A stretch of DNA of 63,650 bases, filler included. It is 4 parts of 4 records of this genome, joined end to end, with 100 filler letters (N's around TTAATTAATTAA, not from the genome) between each part and the next. Parts side by side here need not be neighbours in the genome. Positions count along the whole stretch, not along the records: positions 48,711 to 63,650 come from SRR20825006_1191; 3 more parts are not named here. The stretch is one strand, 5' to 3'. The translations under genes were made by a program, and so were the position numbers. The notes beneath the pieces are model-generated. The model had not been told where the DNA came from and made no database searches. It was given only the letters and a program-made list of their open reading frames with translations. This document shows, in pieces, positions 58,927 to 63,650 of this stretch. Position 1 is the stretch's first letter. Every line of letters begins with the position of its first letter.

Positions 58927-59185
58927 CAGAGGCCGCTTTGGAGCAGGACAGCCCGCTCCCACCCACAAATCTACGTCGGTTGGCCACAGCGGGAATGGCA
59001 GCTAACGGGACCGCCAACGCTGCCTGAACGTGCTGAATGGGGCGCTGGGCTGACCGGTATGCTGCGGACAATGGGCTCAGGCAAATAGATGGTCAGCCGA
59101 TATTCCTTGCCAGTCCAACCACCAGCCCGAAACTGACGCTTTAACTTCGCATCGGAGGATCACAGACCCCTCGGCTCGGAAGCGC

Positions 59186-59602
59186 TCACTGCTTGAGTGC
59201 TGTACCTTCGTGCGCAATACCGGGAAGCGGGGGTAGCCAGGGCAGGACCGACCTGAACCAGAATTGCCGCTTTGGCTGCAGCTCGCGTCGCTGAGATAGA
59301 ACCCCTACCCGTAGCCCCAGACTTCGCGCCCCAGCGGGTTCGTCAGATGTTGCATAGATCGGCGAGCCACAGTGATCGCAGAATGCCTGTTGGCGCCGTC
59401 GCCCGCTTTCAGCCGTCTTGACGTATACCTTTGGCGAGCCCGTTTTCAGGTGGAACGCACCCTCTGGGCAGGGGACCATTACACGAAAGGCGGTACCGGA
59501 TAGCTGCTGGCAATCTGTGCAGTGACAAATGCGAACCTTGTCGGGATCGATTTCTGCTTCGAAGGTGATTGCGCCGCAGTGACATGCGCCGTCTACGTTC
59601 AT
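59186..59602 (-). CDS. GFA (CENP-V) family Zn protein
   Basis: GACHCGAI, CHCTDCQ, FCDHCGSP. Confidence 0.9.
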   Translation of the reverse strand: MNVDGACHCGAITFEAEIDPDKVRICHCTDCQQLSGTAFRVMVPCPEGAFHLKTGSPKVYVKTAESGRRRQQAFCDHCGSPIYATSDEPAGARSLGLRVGVLSQRRELQPKRQFWFRSVLPWLPPLPGIAHEGTALKQ

Positions 59603-59729
59603 TGTACTTTTCCCCTCTCATACCCCAATCATATTAGCACCCAAACGGCGGTGGCTGCAGATCCGGTCACCGGGCCCTGTTTTCGCGAAGGCCGCCAATC
59701 ATCTTCCCATCCAGTCCAGTTACCCCAAG

Positions 59730-61991
59730 TCACGTAGCCCGCTCACTGAGATAGGTCCCCGTCAGGGACGACTTGGACTTTGCCAGGTCGGCGGGCACGC
59801 CTTCAAACTGCACTCTGCCTCCGTCATCGCCGGCGCCAGGGCCCATATCAATGACCCAGTCGGCACGGGAGATGACATCGAGATTATGCTCGATGACGAC
59901 CACTGTTGAGCCCGCCTCCACGAGCCGGTCAAATAGGCCAATCAGTGTATCGACATCATTCATGTGGAGGCCAGTGGTGGGCTCATCGAGCACGTAAATA
60001 TTGCCCTTCTTGCCCAGCTCCGCGGCCAGTTTCAGGCGCTGCCGCTCGCCGCCCGAAAGCGTCGAAAGCGGCTGTCCCAGGGTCAGGTAGCCAAGGCCGA
60101 CATCAACGAGGCCCCGCACAATCTTGGCCAAAGCCGGTTCGGTGAAATAGTCCGCCGCCACTTCAATGCTCATATCATAGACATCGGCAATGGATTTTCC
60201 ACGCAACTCGTGGGCCAGCACTCCAGGCAGGAAACGCTTGCCTTCGCAGGTCTCACAGGTGGTGACCATTGGGTCGAGATGGGCGAGGTCCGTAAAGATG
60301 ACACCCAGCCCGTTGCAGTCCGGGCAAGCGCCCTTGGAATTGGCGGAGAACAGCGAAGCCTCCACACCATTGGCCTTGGCGAAAGCCTTGCGCACGCCAT
60401 CGAGCAGGCCAGTATAAGTAGCAGTGTTCGACCGGCGAGAGCCGCGCGCCAGGTTCTGGTCGATGATGATGGTCTCAGGATAGGCCTTGGGCAGGCACCC
60501 CTGGATCAGGGAGGATTTGCCCGACCCGGCGACCCCGCTCACCACCGTCAAAACGCCGCGCGGAATTGCGACAGACACGTCCTGCAGATTGTTGATGTTG
60601 CCGTGTTCGATGCGGAGCGGTTCACCCAAGGGCTTGCGCACCGTGTCCTTAATCGGCTGGTGCTTCTTCATATGCTTGCCGGTGAGCGTGCCCGAGGTCA
60701 GCAGGCCCGCATAGTCGCCTTCATAGACAACTGCTCCGCCGCGAGATCCAGCCAGCGGCCCCATATCGACAACGTGATCGGCAATGGCGATCATGTCGGG
60801 CTTGTGCTCGACGATGAGAACCGTATTGCCCTTGTCGCGGAGCTGGGTCATCAGGCTAGCGAGGCTCCCTACGTCATGGGGATGCAGCCCAACGGAAGGC
60901 TCGTCGAACACATAGGTGATGTCGGTGAGCGAACTGCCCAGGTGGCGCACCATCTTGACGCGCTGGCTTTCGCCGCCCGACAGGGTCGAGCTTTCGCGAT
61001 CGAGGCTAAGATAGCCCAGACCAATGGTGACGAGGTTTTCGAGCCGCAGCGCAAGAGCCTGCAGCATCGGCCCAACCTGTGGCGCGTCGATTGCGCGGAT
61101 GAAGGGGGCGAGGTCGCTGACCTGCATGGCCGACAGGTCGGCAATGGACTTGTCGTTGACAAGGCTGGTGCGCGCGCCCTCATTAAGGCGCGTGCCGTGG
61201 CAGGAAGAGCAGGTCGCGCGGGTGAAAATCTTCTCGTACTCGCGCAGCACATGCGGCTGCAGGCTTTCCGGGTCCTTCGAGCCGAGCCCCTTCTTCAGTT
61301 TGGCGACCACGCCCTCATAGGTCAGGCCGATCTTGCCAACCTTGACCTTGCGGCCATCGTCGAGATGAAGGAGGTTTTCGCGCTCTTCTGCCGAATACTG
61401 GCTAATGGGTTTGTCGAGGTCGAAGAGACCGGAATTGGCGTAGATTTCCCAGTACCAGCTGTCGACGGCAAAATCCTTGGGCAGCAGCGCGCCGCCTTTC
61501 AATGATTTGGTCTCGTCGACCACGGCCGACATGTCCATCGAGGCGACCTGGCCTATGCCTTCGCAATCCGGGCACATGCCGCGCGGATCGTTGTAGGAAT
61601 AGAGCCCGGGCGGGCCGAGGCGCGGTTCACCCAGACGGGAGAACAGCACCCGCAGCATCTGCGCCGCGTCGGTGACGGTGGCGACGGTCGAGCGGGAGTT
61701 ACCGCCCAGGCGCTGCTGGTCGACGATGATCGCGGCCGAGATGTTCTCCAGCTGGTCAGCATCGGGCTGGCCGTAATGGGGCATGAACTGCTGCACGAAA
61801 GCCGGGTAGGTCTCGTTGATCAGCCGCTGGCTTTCGGCGGCAATCGTGCCGAAGACAAGCGAGGACTTGCCCGAACCGGAGACGCCGGTGAAGACGGTTA
61901 TGCGGCGCTTGGGAATGTCGAGCGAGACATTCTTCAAATTGTTCTCGCGCGCCCCGCGAATGTGGATGGCGCCATAGGGATCGTCCTGCAT
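59730..61991 (-). CDS. uvrA: Class II UvrA-like protein (DrrC/Ecm16-like)
   Basis: GARENNLKN, GVSGSGKSS, two LSGGE signatures, CPDCEGIG/CSSCHG and CPDCNG/CETCEG Zn motifs. Only 753 aa, lacking the UvrB-binding insert. Confidence 0.9.
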   Translation of the reverse strand: MQDDPYGAIHIRGARENNLKNVSLDIPKRRITVFTGVSGSGKSSLVFGTIAAESQRLINETYPAFVQQFMPHYGQPDADQLENISAAIIVDQQRLGGNSRSTVATVTDAAQMLRVLFSRLGEPRLGPPGLYSYNDPRGMCPDCEGIGQVASMDMSAVVDETKSLKGGALLPKDFAVDSWYWEIYANSGLFDLDKPISQYSAEERENLLHLDDGRKVKVGKIGLTYEGVVAKLKKGLGSKDPESLQPHVLREYEKIFTRATCSSCHGTRLNEGARTSLVNDKSIADLSAMQVSDLAPFIRAIDAPQVGPMLQALALRLENLVTIGLGYLSLDRESSTLSGGESQRVKMVRHLGSSLTDITYVFDEPSVGLHPHDVGSLASLMTQLRDKGNTVLIVEHKPDMIAIADHVVDMGPLAGSRGGAVVYEGDYAGLLTSGTLTGKHMKKHQPIKDTVRKPLGEPLRIEHGNINNLQDVSVAIPRGVLTVVSGVAGSGKSSLIQGCLPKAYPETIIIDQNLARGSRRSNTATYTGLLDGVRKAFAKANGVEASLFSANSKGACPDCNGLGVIFTDLAHLDPMVTTCETCEGKRFLPGVLAHELRGKSIADVYDMSIEVAADYFTEPALAKIVRGLVDVGLGYLTLGQPLSTLSGGERQRLKLAAELGKKGNIYVLDEPTTGLHMNDVDTLIGLFDRLVEAGSTVVVIEHNLDVISRADWVIDMGPGAGDDGGRVQFEGVPADLAKSKSSLTGTYLSERAT

Positions 61992-62011
61992 ATCGACTCC
62001 GGTTCAGTTTT

Positions 62012-62779
62012 CTAGATGCTGGCCTTGCGGATGGCATTGCCGCCGATGGCGAGGCCGATGACGAGGGTGGCCGCCACAACCAGCGAGCCAAAAAGCACTG
62101 TCAGGTTCAACAATTCGCCCATGAACAAAGCCCGCTCGGCCTCGATGAGATAGGTCAGGGGATTGAAGCGGCTGGCAATGTAGAGCCATGCCGGCCCGGA
62201 TTCGAGCGGCAAGAGCACGCCGCCCAGCAGCATCAGCGGCAGCGCGACCGACTGGCTGACCATGTAGAAGAGCGAAGTATTGTTTTTGGCGGCAATGGCC
62301 AGGGCATAGGACAAGGCAGCCACGCCGACTCCGAACAGCCCGAGCAGCAGCAGGCCAAAGAGCATCTGGATGGGGAAGAGCTCAAGGCCAAAGGGTATGG
62401 CGATCACAATCATCACCACGGCCTGGAAAATGAGCGGGAACATTTCCTTGAGCGCCCGCCCCATGAGCAGAGCCGGCCGGCTCATCGGGGTGGCCAGGAA
62501 GCGTTCCAGCACGCCCGACATCAGCTCTTCCGTCAGGCTCCAGCCCACCATCGCGGTGCCAAAGAGGGTCAACATGACCATCATGCCTGGGACGAACCAT
62601 TGCAGTGGCGATACACCTTCGCCCCCCACATCGCCCAAAAGCGGCACGAAGAGACCGATATAGAGAAGGGGTTGGACAAGCCCAAAGGCCAGCCAGACCC
62701 AACCGGAAATCAGCGGCTTCATCTCACGAACGAAGCTGGTTTTAACGTCGTAGAGGAAATCCATTCCGCTCTCCATCAT
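62012..62779 (-). CDS. ABC-2 type exporter permease (DrrB-like)
   Basis: QPLLY, FVPGM, GVLERFLATP, NPLTY. Confidence 0.88.
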   Translation of the reverse strand: MMESGMDFLYDVKTSFVREMKPLISGWVWLAFGLVQPLLYIGLFVPLLGDVGGEGVSPLQWFVPGMMVMLTLFGTAMVGWSLTEELMSGVLERFLATPMSRPALLMGRALKEMFPLIFQAVVMIVIAIPFGLELFPIQMLFGLLLLGLFGVGVAALSYALAIAAKNNTSLFYMVSQSVALPLMLLGGVLLPLESGPAWLYIASRFNPLTYLIEAERALFMGELLNLTVLFGSLVVAATLVIGLAIGGNAIRKASI

Positions 62780-63650
62780 GCACCTGCCCCCTGCGCTTCG
62801 CGCAAGGTTCGGCCGGTGAGGCCGAGGAAAACATCGTCCAGGGTTGGTCTGCGGACATTGGCGCTGGCGATGTCGACGCCCACTTCATGCAGCCGCCGGA
62901 TGAACTCCGGCAAAAGGGCCTCCCCCTCGCCCACCGTCACCTCGACCTTGCAGTCGGTGACGGCGATATCGCGCGCCTGAGGCAGGTTCTGCGCCAGCGC
63001 CGCCGCTTTCGCGGCATCGGAATTGGCCAGGCCAATGGTGATACGGTCGCCGGCCAGATTGGCCTTCAAACGGGCCGGCGTGTCGTCGGCAATGAGCTGG
63101 CCATTGTCCATCACCATGACCCGCTCAGCCATGGTGTCGGCCTCTTCGAGATAGTGGGTGGTCAGGAAAATGGTCATGCCGGTCTCGCGCCGAAGCTTGA
63201 GCACATGGTCCCACAGGTTGGCGCGGCTGTGCGGATCGAGCCCGGTGGAGGGTTCGTCGAGGAAGAGCAGGTTGGGGTTGTGCATGAGGCCGAGGGCGAC
63301 GTCGAGCCGGCGCTTCTGACCACCCGAGAGAGTGCTGCCGATGCGGTCTTCCATGCCGGTCAGCTCCAGCATGTCGATCAGCTCGTCAGCGCGTTTCTGC
63401 GCATCGGCGGGCCGCATGCGCATGGCGGCGCCCTGGGTGAGCAATTCGTCGCGCAGCTTGTAGTATTGCCCGGCGCCGCTTCCCTGCCCCACATAGCCGA
63501 TCTTGCGGCGCACGCCGGCGGGGTCGCTGGCAATGTCGGAGCCGGCGACATGGGCAGAGCCGGAGCTGGGTGGCAAAAGCGTGGTCAGCATGCGCACTGA
63601 GGTGGATTTGCCGGCGCCATTGGGCCCGAGAAAGGCCACAAGCTCGCCCT
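62776..63650 (-). CDS. ABC exporter ATP-binding protein (DrrA-like), 5' end outside the window
   Basis: GPNGAGKST, LSGGQKRRLD, LDEPSTGLDP, TTHYLEEAD, C-terminal PTLDDVFL.LTG. Confidence 0.9.
   Translation of the reverse strand, partial: GELVAFLGPNGAGKSTSVRMLTTLLPPSSGSAHVAGSDIASDPAGVRRKIGYVGQGSGAGQYYKLRDELLTQGAAMRMRPADAQKRADELIDMLELTGMEDRIGSTLSGGQKRRLDVALGLMHNPNLLFLDEPSTGLDPHSRANLWDHVLKLRRETGMTIFLTTHYLEEADTMAERVMVMDNGQLIADDTPARLKANLAGDRITIGLANSDAAKAAALAQNLPQARDIAVTDCKVEVTVGEGEALLPEFIRRLHEVGVDIASANVRRPTLDDVFLGLTGRTLREAQGAGA

Noticed and set aside
57025-58968. 647-aa minus-strand ORF (also 59964-61505 +, 51515-52855 +, 34604-35794 -)
   Set aside because: Antisense shadows of well-supported genes in GC-rich DNA.

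Overview
The window is not one locus. It holds four unrelated alphaproteobacterial contig pieces joined by artificial N-run/TTAATTAATTAA linkers (14820-14919, 23959-24058, 48611-48710). Taxonomic labels are my impression from gene content and style, not computed. (1) 1-14819, Rhodobacteraceae-like: class II DAHP synthase (partial), a Liv-type ABC operon, a MocA-like nucleotidyltransferase, an MFS transporter, a large RTX-repeat/Hint-domain protein with a triple-hairpin candidate sRNA at its 3' end, and putR/putA. (2) 14920-23958, Rhodobacteraceae-like: the rlmE 3' end, two divergent stand-alone PDC/Cache-like paralogues, and a HipA remnant. These are followed by a decaying Crp/Fnr (FixK-like) low-oxygen island: cytochrome c with a broken CxxCH, a BON protein, carbamate kinase fused back-to-back with an N-terminally truncated P1B ATPase, and mlaEF. 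(3) 24059-48610, Thalassospira-like core chromosome: TAXI-TRAP, a dCache amino-acid chemoreceptor, a polar amino acid ABC system plus M14-family deacylase, deoC-deoB, mfd, sdhE, recG, an rpoH paralogue with a palindrome-rich leader, NUDIX genes, ychJ and ssb. (4) 48711-63650, Devosia-like: a REP-type element and a sigma54/NtrC- and GntR-controlled nitrogen-scavenging cluster (NMT1/THI5 ABC transporter, two amidohydrolases, SnoaL-like protein, TauE exporter, HpxW-like gamma-glutamyltransferase) whose substrate I cannot identify. It also carries a GFA gene and a DrrA-DrrB-class II UvrA (DrrC-like) module. The best candidates for an undescribed system are the N-heterocycle catabolic cluster, the DrrABC-like module, the stand-alone Cache paralogue pair, and the Hint protein with its candidate sRNA. 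No rRNA, tRNA, CRISPR array or intact mobile element was seen.
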